Shown: in pieces, positions 32,517 to 41,637 of the stretch
Layout: each line of letters starts with the position of its first letter
Numbering within the stretch: position 1 is the stretch's first letter
The notes under the pieces: model-generated
The model's database searches: none
What the model saw: the letters and a program-made list of their open reading frames with translations, nothing else
Told to the model about the DNA's origin: nothing
Source of the DNA: a virus
Lineage: Duplodnaviria; Caudoviricetes
Reading direction: 5' to 3' (one strand)
DNA length: 64,000 nt
Virus record (IMG/VR): IMGVR_UViG_3300032116_022045
Program-made: the position numbers and the translations under genes

Positions 32517-32774
32517 TCGCTAATACACCTTTAGTAAAATATATTATCTCTATCTTTGAAGATATATTAATTATATCATTTAATATCTTATCTTTAGATA
32601 TATTATGATTATATGAGTAATATATTATCCTCTTTAATACACTAACTGCTGATTTGATATTATTAGAATATATTAAATCAACATAACTTTTAATGTTATT
32701 ATTATAATCTTCTTCACTAAAAGGTTTTTCTACAAAAAAATCTTCCCAAAAATAGTTTTTTTCAACATCCATGT

Positions 32775-33995
32775 TTAAAATAATCCCTCAAAAATTGATT
32801 CAAAAGCGTTTTCTACATTATTTAAAATGTTTTTATCATCTTTTTTATGTTCTTTATTAAATTCTGATAACTTTTTAGTTACCTCATCCGTTAACTCTTT
32901 AGGTGATTGAGCATTAAAACGACCTTTAAATTGAACCATATATAAGTCATTACCATAATAACTTAATTCTAACGTATGACCTTCTATATGGTAGATACCT
33001 GAGTGACCATCATTAACTTTATTTATATAGGTACCAACACAATGTTTCATAATCATACCCTCTTGTAATAATTCTAAATTTGTAGTCAATAAACGATATC
33101 CACTATATTCACTAAATTGAGTGAAAATTTTATTAACATTTAACTTTTGCTCTTTCTCAGATGATAATAAAATATTACTGATTTCTTTAGACCATTGGTT
33201 GTGTTCATTAATTAATCTCTTTTCACTCCATTTACAATTTACTTTACGACCTAATATCTTAGCCATATTACATGTGTCACTAAAATATTCATTGTCTAAA
33301 AATTCTTTAGTTAAACTAGTTATGTTTTCTAAATATCTTAATCTATCTTTAATAAACGTAAAACCAGAATTACCATAAGAATTTAACTTAAAAAATTCAC
33401 TGCTTATTAACTGATTAATAACAGGTAGTGGATATTTAAAATAATGTTTCTTAATATCAGTTAATGTATATAAAGAATTATTTTTAATCGTGTTAAAACT
33501 TAAATTTTGCGTCCATGTGTTCTCACCTAATGTCCTAATCCATGGATACTTTTCAATTAATTTATTTAAAATAACCCCATTATTGGAAAATTGTTTAAGA
33601 AATGTATAGGTTAAATTACGATAAACATTAATGTTGTTATAATAAAACTTACCATTCTTGTACCCAATTGATGATGTTTTAGTCTCTCTAAAATACATTT
33701 TGTTTGTTACCGAGATACCACATTTAACCCTAAAAAAAGCATATTCAAAATTACCACACTCAAACTCAAAATAAACTAATCTATTCTTATAGAATTCTGA
33801 TGGAGTATTGAAATATTTTACCCTAGCCTTATGTTTGTCTTCATTATATAAATCAACTAACTGGTTAACTTTAAACGAATTAAACTCATCTAAAACCTCA
33901 AATTTAACACATTTGGTTTGTTTTTGACCAACCTTGGTTGTGCTAGTTTCCTTTGGATTGACAGTTTCTTTTAGTTTTTTTGATTTCTTATCCAT
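32775..33995 (-). CDS. PcfJ-like domain protein
   Basis: ELLQEGMIMKHCVGTY...HTLEL...QFKGRFN motif. Confidence 0.65.
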   Translation of the reverse strand: MDKKSKKLKETVNPKETSTTKVGQKQTKCVKFEVLDEFNSFKVNQLVDLYNEDKHKARVKYFNTPSEFYKNRLVYFEFECGNFEYAFFRVKCGISVTNKMYFRETKTSSIGYKNGKFYYNNINVYRNLTYTFLKQFSNNGVILNKLIEKYPWIRTLGENTWTQNLSFNTIKNNSLYTLTDIKKHYFKYPLPVINQLISSEFFKLNSYGNSGFTFIKDRLRYLENITSLTKEFLDNEYFSDTCNMAKILGRKVNCKWSEKRLINEHNQWSKEISNILLSSEKEQKLNVNKIFTQFSEYSGYRLLTTNLELLQEGMIMKHCVGTYINKVNDGHSGIYHIEGHTLELSYYGNDLYMVQFKGRFNAQSPKELTDEVTKKLSEFNKEHKKDDKNILNNVENAFESIFEGLF

Positions 33996-34055
33996 ACGTT
34001 ATTTTATAATCTATAATACAAAGTTACTACAAAAACATGAATTAACAAAAAAAAA

Positions 34056-34508
34056 TTAAACGTTAGAGTAATAATTTATATACGACATTAAACATTCATA
34101 CTTTAAATTATTCCATTTGTCTTTATTTATTCTTATGCCCAACTCATTACCTAATTGATACCCAAAATCCCAAGCCTTGAACTCTTCTTCAACACATGAT
34201 ACCAAATAATTAATTGTTTTTTTCATTTTTTTATCGTTATAATACTCAACATCAGCCAAATAAGGTAAATTCTCAGTGAAAATATCCCAATTCGCCCTTA
34301 ACTTACAATGACCTAACTCATGTAATAACAAATATACTTTAATTTCGTAACTTTTACCACTCTCAATCATTATTTTATTAGGCTTACCAATGTCATCAAA
34401 TTTTATATATGAAAAATCGTTATAGTTAATATCTATTTTTTTAACCCCATTGTCTTTCGCATATGTGATTAACTTATGTAACGCACCTTTATAACTATAT
34501 CTTCCCAT
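34056..34508 (-). CDS. Putative HExxH metallopeptidase
   Basis: LLHELGH...EEFKAW. Confidence 0.55.
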   Translation of the reverse strand: MGRYSYKGALHKLITYAKDNGVKKIDINYNDFSYIKFDDIGKPNKIMIESGKSYEIKVYLLLHELGHCKLRANWDIFTENLPYLADVEYYNDKKMKKTINYLVSCVEEEFKAWDFGYQLGNELGIRINKDKWNNLKYECLMSYINYYSNV

Positions 34509-34969
34509 ATAGTTATAAATATCAAAATATTTAAAATTTGTATATTATTGATATCGTATTAATATACCTTCTATTGTTAAACCCACTAATAAAAAAACGA
34601 TTCGTTAAACTTAATCTATTGCTAAAATAAACTTTAAACCGAATATCATATGAAGCAATATCATATATGTTGCCAATTAAAATATCATTTATAACATTAT
34701 TATTAATCCTCGTACTAGCAGTCAATTTTAAAAATTCTGATGGTTTCCACATTAAACTTCTATTACCCCTATTACCAATAACATTGTATTTTAAATTAAT
34801 TTTTTTGTGATTTAATCTATGATAAAAATAATAATCTTTACCTTGGTGTTTCCACTGACCAAAAACTAAATTAATTAAAATAAAAACTATAATACAAATT
34901 TTATTAAACATTATTTACATCTTTTTATTTTAAAATTATATTTATTTTAAAATAAATATAATTTTAAAT

Positions 34970-35371
34970 ATGAATATTAACGAAACAATTAAAAAAGCAA
35001 CAAGTAAATCAGATTTCACAAATATGATTTCTAAAATTAAACATTCTCAATTACAAGCACAAACTTTTCATAGACAAACTAAATTATTCCCAGAACATAT
35101 CGCTTTAGGTGAATATTATGAAACTATTGTAGATATTACTGATGAATTAGTAGAAACTTATCAAGGTAAAAACGGTATCTTAACAAATTATGAATCCTAT
35201 GAACTTGAAAATTACGAAAATTCTCAACAAGTTATTAAATATTTTGAAGAATTAGTGTCAATTGTTTCTAAACTTAGAAAAAATATTACAGAATCGTATA
35301 TACAAAATCAAATAGATAATGTTGAACAACTAATTTATAAAACACTCTATAAATTAAAATATCTTAAATAA
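34970..35371 (+). CDS. Ferritin-like four-helix phage protein (DUF5856-like)
   Basis: FHRQT...EHIALGEYYE...LVETYQG...TLYKLKYLK pattern. Confidence 0.55.
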   Translation: MNINETIKKATSKSDFTNMISKIKHSQLQAQTFHRQTKLFPEHIALGEYYETIVDITDELVETYQGKNGILTNYESYELENYENSQQVIKYFEELVSIVSKLRKNITESYIQNQIDNVEQLIYKTLYKLKYLK

Positions 35372-36052
35372 TTAATTTAATTATATTACCTTTTATTTAT
35401 TGGTATTATGTTTTATAATTAATTCACCAAGAACCTCTAAACGACCAACCTCACGCTGAAAGTCAGTTTGACTCATATCAAAACCTATTTTATCATAAGT
35501 CTCCTTAAACTCTTTCTTAGCCTTATCGATATCAAATTTACCTTCAGAAGCTTTCTTATAATATGGTAACTTAACCTTGAAATGATGCCATGTTAATAAT
35601 GAATAACCACCCTTCTCCTTCGCTGTGTTTGCTATCTTCTCAGCACCACCCTCCCTAGTATTAGCAAAATCCTTAAATGACTCGCTATCATCAAATGTCT
35701 CCCTTAATATTTTTTTTATGTCTATTGTCATATATATAAATATTGGGTTTAATACAAAAAAATAGTATCTTTGAAATTCAAATAAATATTTATCTAATAT
35801 ACTTTATACATATGAGAAAAAATACCTTAATACATGGTAAACAAAAAATAAATTATAAAAGAACTAAAGATGACTATGGTGATGATATATTATTGGTAAA
35901 TCACTATACTAAAAAATATATATTAGATAATAATATAGAAGGTTTAACTGAAATTAATTTCACACACCCAGATAAAAATGTTGACCCAGATGAATATAAT
36001 TGGGTTCTATCAATAAAAATAGATAAAGTAGTAGAAAAATTAAAAAATATTT

Positions 36053-36087
36053 GACTTCTTATAATAAACTTAGTATATTTGTATTAT
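36053..36087 (+). promoter_or_regulatory. Bacteroidota-type promoter for tRNA-Pro; a near-identical promoter lies at about 38021-38057 before tRNA-Met
   Basis: TTGACTTCT...TAGTATATTTGTATTATA in both copies (TAnnTTTG -7 box). Confidence 0.7.
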
Positions 36088-36160
36088 AAGGTAGTAGTTC
36101 AGTTGGTAGAATGCTAGTTTTGGGAACTAGTGGTCGCAAGTTCGAGCCTTGCTTACCTTA
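36088..36160 (+). tRNA. trnP: tRNA-Pro(TGG)
   Basis: Full cloverleaf; anticodon arm CTAGT-TTTGGGA-ACTAG; no encoded CCA. Confidence 0.92.
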
Positions 36161-36281
36161 CTTTTGAATTAAAAAATGGATTCAGCAAATTTTAAAAAAT
36201 TACATTGGACGTAAAAAAAACCATTTTGTTTCAAAAAAAAAAAAATAACTTTTTAATAAAGATAACATATTTATTTGTAAA

Positions 36282-36365
36282 ATGAAAAACTATTCTAACA
36301 TATTTGACTTCGCATTTTTTGCTGGTGAGGAAGATTTAAACCTCATAATGGTCAAGTTTTGTTAA
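36282..36365 (+). CDS. Attenuator leader peptide MKNYSNIFDFAFFAGEEDLNLIMVKFC
   Basis: 27-codon ORF overlapping alternative hairpins upstream of the tRNA Phe/Asp/Glu/Ala cluster. Confidence 0.75.
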   Translation: MKNYSNIFDFAFFAGEEDLNLIMVKFC

Positions 36366-36385
36366 TTTTTATTAAATAATCATAT

Positions 36386-36425
36386 AAAAAACCTTGACCA
36401 TTAAAAAGTCAAGGTTTTTTTATTT
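36386..36425 (+). terminator. Attenuator terminator (3:4 hairpin)
   Basis: AAAAAACCTTGAC-CATTAAAAA-GTCAAGGTTTTTT followed by TATTT, immediately before tRNA-Phe. Confidence 0.85.
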
Positions 36426-36498
36426 GGTATGATAGCTCCAATGGTAGAGCGCAAGTTTGAAGAACTTGGCGTTGGTGGTTCGAATCCACCTCATACCA
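36426..36498 (+). tRNA. trnF: tRNA-Phe(GAA)
   Basis: Cloverleaf; CAAGT-TTGAAGA-ACTTG. Confidence 0.93.
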
Positions 36499-36503
36499 CA
36501 AAA

Positions 36504-36575
36504 GGACTCATGGTCTAAAGGTTATGATACTTGACTGTCTATCAAGTGATTGGGGTTCGATTCCCCATGGGTTCG
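36504..36575 (+). tRNA. trnD: tRNA-Asp(GTC)
   Basis: Cloverleaf; CTTGA-CTGTCTA-TCAAG. Confidence 0.92.
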
Positions 36576-36593
36576 CAAAAAAAAAAATAATAT

Positions 36594-36666
36594 CGCACAT
36601 TCGTCTAGTGGACTAGGACATCTCCCTTTCACGGAGAAGACACGGTTTCGAATACCGTATGTGTGA
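36594..36666 (+). tRNA. trnE: tRNA-Glu(TTC)
   Basis: Cloverleaf; TCTCC-CTTTCAC-GGAGA. Confidence 0.92.
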
Positions 36667-36671
36667 CAAAT

Positions 36672-36745
36672 GGGGGCACATGTTCCAAGGCTGGCGAAAA
36701 TGATTTGCAATCAATTTGTGAAGAGTTCAATTCTCTTTGTCTCCA
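36672..36745 (+). tRNA. trnA: tRNA-Ala(TGC) with an atypical D arm
   Basis: Anticodon loop TTTGCAA; G3:U70 Ala identity pair in GGGGGCA/TGTCTCC. Confidence 0.8.
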
Positions 36746-36809
36746 CTTTTTTTGTTTAGTTGTTTTATTTTATAGTATATTTGTAATATAATTAAAACAG
36801 AATGTTAAT

Positions 36810-37472
36810 ATGGGATATAGAACATATATAGCGTCAATGCCGAAAAGAGAATATAATAAAATAAAATCAATGTCTGAAGAAGAATTGATTGAATTTTATA
36901 ATATAGAAAAAGAAGAAAATGGTTTTTGGTATAAAGGTGTATATGAATTTGGTGAAGAACTTTATGAATTTGGTAAATTTACTGATTTTAATATACCAAA
37001 AAAATTTATTAAACCTTTTTTTAAAAATGAAAAGTTAATGTTAAAATATAACGAGTATGACTTTTTTACAATTAAAAAAGAAGTTCTTGAATTGATAATA
37101 AACCATTATCAAGAAAAAATAAAAAAATATTATAATGAAATGGTTAACCCAATTTTTGGCCTAGATAATTCTGGTAACCAAATAGAATCAAATTTATTAG
37201 ATTCAATTAAAATTAAATATACTCACCCAGATAATGATTATCTGTTTGATTTATCAAACATAACCCAAAAAAAACAAAATGCTTTATATAATATGATTAA
37301 CCATGTTAAACGTATGCAAATAGAATGGGTAGATTTAACACCGTTTGATTTAAATGATGGTAAACAAATAATCACAAATTCTTGGAAATATGAATATGGT
37401 ATATTTGAACTAGTTAGAATATACAAATCTTTTGATTGGAAAAAAAATTTAATGTTCTACTATGGATACTAA
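36810..37472 (+). CDS. Hypothetical protein
   Basis: ORF track; host-type promoter upstream. Confidence 0.75.
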   Translation: MGYRTYIASMPKREYNKIKSMSEEELIEFYNIEKEENGFWYKGVYEFGEELYEFGKFTDFNIPKKFIKPFFKNEKLMLKYNEYDFFTIKKEVLELIINHYQEKIKKYYNEMVNPIFGLDNSGNQIESNLLDSIKIKYTHPDNDYLFDLSNITQKKQNALYNMINHVKRMQIEWVDLTPFDLNDGKQIITNSWKYEYGIFELVRIYKSFDWKKNLMFYYGY

Positions 37473-37530
37473 TATATAACTTATTTAATCAATAAAACTA
37501 TATATTTATATATGAAATCTTAATTTAATT

Positions 37531-38034
37531 ATGAATAAACAAATAATATTAGAAACCATTCGTAAAGAATTTTTAATTAAAGAAAATTCAAAATACGATA
37601 ACTATAAAAAAAATTGGAACTACGCTGGAAATTCTTATACTGACTTAACTATCGAAGAACCACTGAAAATTAAAACATGGACCTTCCCAAATCAAAATGG
37701 CTTCTATTTAGAATTTTTTTTTAATAATACCTTAATAGGTCATTATCACTCATTTTATGACCAAGATGATGGTTTTATGAATGATATGGAAATAAAAGAT
37801 GATTACCAAAATAAAGGTTTCGGCAAAATATTACTTTTGTCAGCAATAGATGTTGGTAATAATTATATGGGCTTCTTCTCATCTGATACTAGATGGTTAG
37901 CACCAAATCAATCTAAAATCTATATCTACCTAAAAAAAGAAAATATAATATCTGATAATGACGAAATTATTGATTATGATAAAGCTAATAAACTAATCTC
38001 AATAATAACTGAAAAAAACTTGACTTCTAAATAA
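37531..38034 (+). CDS. GNAT acetyltransferase with an N-terminal ILE...LIKE leader
   Basis: DDYQNKGFGKILL motif; ATATTTAT late-type motif at about 37500. Confidence 0.7.
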   Translation: MNKQIILETIRKEFLIKENSKYDNYKKNWNYAGNSYTDLTIEEPLKIKTWTFPNQNGFYLEFFFNNTLIGHYHSFYDQDDGFMNDMEIKDDYQNKGFGKILLLSAIDVGNNYMGFFSSDTRWLAPNQSKIYIYLKKENIISDNDEIIDYDKANKLISIITEKNLTSK

Positions 38035-38058
38035 TTATTTAGTATATTTGTATTATAT

Positions 38059-38875
38059 TGCGGAAGAGTGAAACGGATAATCATTCAAGGCTCATACAGT
38101 TTTAAAATACTGAGAAATATTCGAACCAATAATAAAATTTAACTATTAGGTTCGTTTTTATTATTTTCACATATTTATTAATATGGGAAAGTATAATAAA
38201 GAAGAATTAGAAAAATTAATTTTAGAAGAGAATAAGAGTTATTCCGCTATAGGTAGATTGTACAATGTTTCTGGTGGTGCAATTAAAAAAGTTGCTAAGA
38301 AATATGGTATTCCATTACCAAGACGAAGAAAAGTTAATGAAAATGAAGTGTTTAGTCGTAAAGGCTATCGAAGTAACAGTTTAGTTAATAAAGTTAACGA
38401 CACTGAATTCATTTCAATAATAAAAGAGTCTAAACAATGGGTTGATGTGGCAGATAAATTAGGATATAAAAACTATTTATCTAATAACATCAAAGATTCA
38501 ATTAGAAATAGGTGCTCGATGTTAGGTATAGAGCTAAATTTAGTCCAAAGACTAGGTATTTCTGATTTAACAAAAGGTGAACTTTTTAATCATCGTAAGA
38601 ATTGGCAATCAGCAAGGTCGGCAATTCAAAAAGATGCTAGAAAGGTTTATTTCGAATCTAATACAACACCAAGTTGTGCAATCTGTGGTTATTCAAACCA
38701 TGTTGAAGTGGCTCACATTAAATCTGTGTCAGAGTTTAATGTAAGTACACCGATAGTAGTAATAAATTTGTTATCAAATCTCATAGGATTATGCCCTAAC
38801 CATCATTGGGAATATGATAACGGATTCTTGGAATTATAACCTTAGAGATAGTGGGTTCAACTCCCACATCCGCTA
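38059..38875 (+). tRNA. tRNA-Met(CAT), interrupted in the anticodon loop by a 742-nt HNH insertion
   Basis: 5' half 38059-38096 ends CAAGG-CTCATA; 3' half 38839-38875 reads A-CCTTA...GTGGG-TTCAACT-CCCAC-ATCCGCTA. Confidence 0.85.
38183..38839 (+). CDS. HNH homing endonuclease with N-terminal HTH-like repeats
   Basis: CAICGYSNHVEVAHIK...NLIGLCPNHHWEYD. Confidence 0.88.
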   Translation: MGKYNKEELEKLILEENKSYSAIGRLYNVSGGAIKKVAKKYGIPLPRRRKVNENEVFSRKGYRSNSLVNKVNDTEFISIIKESKQWVDVADKLGYKNYLSNNIKDSIRNRCSMLGIELNLVQRLGISDLTKGELFNHRKNWQSARSAIQKDARKVYFESNTTPSCAICGYSNHVEVAHIKSVSEFNVSTPIVVINLLSNLIGLCPNHHWEYDNGFLEL

Positions 38876-39868
38876 CTTTTTTAATATCCCCTTAATTACA
38901 TCAACTTCATTATCACTTACCTCGTAAACACTACTGTTTATATCATCCTCACTTAGTAAGTTGTATTCCCTAATATAATAGTCTTGACCTTTAGATAATA
39001 ACATATCTTCACAACTAGTATACCTATCAAAATCACCACTAATGTTATCTAATACCCTTAAATAACCATCCTTACCATCCAACTTAACGCAATCAATTAT
39101 TACACCATCGTTATTTAATATTATTTTATATATAACACATAAATGTAAAATAATGTCAGAAACATCATTATCACCAATATAATTAATATTACTTATATTA
39201 CGATAACCAAACTTATTAAAACTATCATATAACTCTTTAATGTGTCTCTCTAAACTATAATATTTAGGACTTATCTTATTATTTAATAAATAATCTAATT
39301 GATAACTATCATAATTTATGGCAATACAACTAAGTAATCTACCAGATGTTTTATATTCATTAATATTACTAAATTTAATGTAATAACTATCTTTAATCTT
39401 AATTAAATCATCCCAAATATTAACCATATCTTCTATTTTATCATGACTTTTTTCACCTAATTCATCTTCCTCTTTTAAATATAATACTAATACTGGTATC
39501 TTAGCTTGACCTAAATTACTAGCCGCTATAACCCTATGACGACCCTCTTGCGTCTTCTCAACATAATTTAAATAAGGTATGTCATACTTAATGCCTCTAG
39601 ACATATTATACTCAATCTTGTTAATGTTACCAATCAATAAAGGTTCCTTCTGACTATAAACATCAGTACCTGCTATCTTGGCACACTCCCTGAAATATTC
39701 CTCACCACTCATAAACTTAATCTCACCAACCCAATTATCATACTTCTTAGGTAATCTATTATTTAAACCAAATAATATTGCATCGTAATCTGGTATATTA
39801 CTCCTATCCTTAAAATATCCGTAATCTATACTCTCCCTTAATAACTCTTCGTAAATATTACCTATCAT
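38873..39868 (-). CDS. ParB/Srx-like N-terminal domain protein
   Basis: EGRHRVIAA motif. Confidence 0.55.
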   Translation of the reverse strand: MIGNIYEELLRESIDYGYFKDRSNIPDYDAILFGLNNRLPKKYDNWVGEIKFMSGEEYFRECAKIAGTDVYSQKEPLLIGNINKIEYNMSRGIKYDIPYLNYVEKTQEGRHRVIAASNLGQAKIPVLVLYLKEEDELGEKSHDKIEDMVNIWDDLIKIKDSYYIKFSNINEYKTSGRLLSCIAINYDSYQLDYLLNNKISPKYYSLERHIKELYDSFNKFGYRNISNINYIGDNDVSDIILHLCVIYKIILNNDGVIIDCVKLDGKDGYLRVLDNISGDFDRYTSCEDMLLSKGQDYYIREYNLLSEDDINSSVYEVSDNEVDVIKGILKK

Positions 39869-40407
39869 TATACTATCTTCTCAATATTTCTTATAACACC
39901 ATCACCCCATATACAACCACTAGCAACATCCCATGTGTAATACCACTCAATGGTCCTCCTAGCTTCATAAATATATGGCGCAATCTCAATCCCACCATAA
40001 TCATTAGCAACCTTACCCCAATCTATTTTAGTATATGTATCATAACCAAACTTATATGGTACACCATATTCTTTATCAAATTCCGTTATTTCTTCATAAT
40101 TACGTATTATCAAAATATTTGATTCATTAATATCAATCTTAAATACATTATCAGTTTCCCAATCTGGCATTTCACTTTTTACCCAATCAACCCATGAACT
40201 ACCTATACCATACCATAAACCCCTTGGTTTAAACCTAATCTCTTGCGAACTATTAGGTGTTGGCCTGAATTTAATCTCATCCTCATGTGACATTATTATC
40301 CTAGTATCAGAATATTCAGTAGTTAATTTATTATATACGTCAGAACTAACTTCAGTCATAACCTTATTATATATCTTTCCTATCTTCATATCTCTTTTAA
40401 ATATCAA
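39868..40407 (-). CDS. Hypothetical late protein
   Basis: ORF track; late-type motif at about 40408. Confidence 0.7.
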   Translation of the reverse strand: MIFKRDMKIGKIYNKVMTEVSSDVYNKLTTEYSDTRIIMSHEDEIKFRPTPNSSQEIRFKPRGLWYGIGSSWVDWVKSEMPDWETDNVFKIDINESNILIIRNYEEITEFDKEYGVPYKFGYDTYTKIDWGKVANDYGGIEIAPYIYEARRTIEWYYTWDVASGCIWGDGVIRNIEKIV

Positions 40408-40443
40408 TTATAAATATACAATATTTTTTAAATAACAACACCA

Positions 40444-40575
40444 CCCTAATATTTAAACCCAAAAAATTCTGGAAATTTTTTTTTAAAAAAAGGGACCCTA
40501 ATATTTAAATCCAAAAAATTCTGGAAATTTTTTTTTAAAAAAAGGGACCCTAATATTTAAACCCAAAAAATTCCC
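40444..40575. repeat. About 2.5 tandem copies of a 52-bp repeat
   Basis: Unit CCCTAATATTTAAA(C/T)CCAAAAAATTCTGGAAATTTTTTTTTAAAAAAAGGGA at 40444 and 40496, partial copy at 40548. Confidence 0.9.
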
Positions 40576-40623
40576 CAGAAAAATTTTGCGAATCCTATTG
40601 TACCCCACTTTTAACCTGCACCA

Positions 40624-40670
40624 GGGGGGTATATGTAAGGGGGGTAACGGGAGGGGGGGTATATAGGGGG
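40624..40670 (+). other. Four long G-tracts (potential G-quadruplex)
   Basis: G6 at 40624, G6 at 40639, GGGAG7 at 40649, G5 at 40666. Confidence 0.7.
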
Positions 40671-40846
40671 TACCCCTTATTTATAGCCCCTACATTGCAT
40701 TATCTTTATAGTAGTGGTATCTTCCTATCAAAACTATATCAAAGTCGTTTATATCGCTTTATTTTAAGATATTAATTAATTATCATATGATAGGGTAAAA
40801 AAAAGGTACTGAATATTCAGTACCTTTATTTCGGTTATCGGAATTT

Positions 40847-41407
40847 TTACAATTCCAAAGTTTCACCATTGGTGCGAACTTCGCCTATTGAGGAAATTAC
40901 GTATTGGGTATATTTCCCTGTACGTAATAATTTTCTCAATTCATTTTTAGCAATTGTAATAGGTTTTGAATTTACAATAGGATAATTCCCCTCTTGTAAA
41001 ATTGTCTTATTTTCCCGATACCCGAAAATGTAAATATCCCCTGTTTGATTGTGTACTTTAACGCCCTTAATGATATTAGTATAGGCGTTTATTTGACCTT
41101 CACTTCGATTAAAATCAGGTTTCTCAAAGGATTCAATTAAGGTTTGTTTAGCCTCAATTAATAGAGCCTTAGCCGACTTAAATTCAAATTCATTTGAATC
41201 CAAATCCAAATTTTTAAGAAACTCAATATCTCGTTCCTTAGCCTTAGAATAGGATGCACCAACATTAATTAGGTGATTGGCAATTTCTCCGTACTTATTA
41301 GTGTAAGAACGGATTGAAACGAATGTTACATTTGTTTTACTTGTTGCTTTTTTCAAAGCAATAACCACATCTAATGCGGTTGATTTTGTTGATACTTGCT
41401 GTTCCAT
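40847..41407 (-). CDS. Early hypothetical protein, copy A (paralog of 51438-51998)
   Basis: Long identical peptide stretches shared with 51438-51998. Confidence 0.85.
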   Translation of the reverse strand: MEQQVSTKSTALDVVIALKKATSKTNVTFVSIRSYTNKYGEIANHLINVGASYSKAKERDIEFLKNLDLDSNEFEFKSAKALLIEAKQTLIESFEKPDFNRSEGQINAYTNIIKGVKVHNQTGDIYIFGYRENKTILQEGNYPIVNSKPITIAKNELRKLLRTGKYTQYVISSIGEVRTNGETLEL

Positions 41408-41580
41408 TACTAAAATGTTTAAAAGGTTAAATTAAATTGAACACTACAAAAGTATAGGAAATATCAATACCAATAACATACATAACCACATTTTTATCCA
41501 CATATTTTAATTATTAATTGTGGATAAATAGGGTTAAAAAAATTAGGTATTGTCAATTAATTCCCTTAATATTGCAGTGT

Positions 41581-41637
41581 AATTCAGTTACTGAATTAAG
41601 GGTCGCTGGGAAGCGAGAGAGTGTACTCCATCCTGGC
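41581..41637 (+). ncRNA. Repeated ~55-nt structured RNA, copy 1 of 8
   Basis: Hairpin-AAGGG-hairpin-GAGAGT(A/G)TACTCCA-CCT; promoter upstream. Confidence 0.65.

Noticed and set aside
38097-38838. Group I intron in tRNA-Met
   Set aside because: No terminal G, no sequence after the ORF and only ~85 nt before it, so there is no room for P3-P9.
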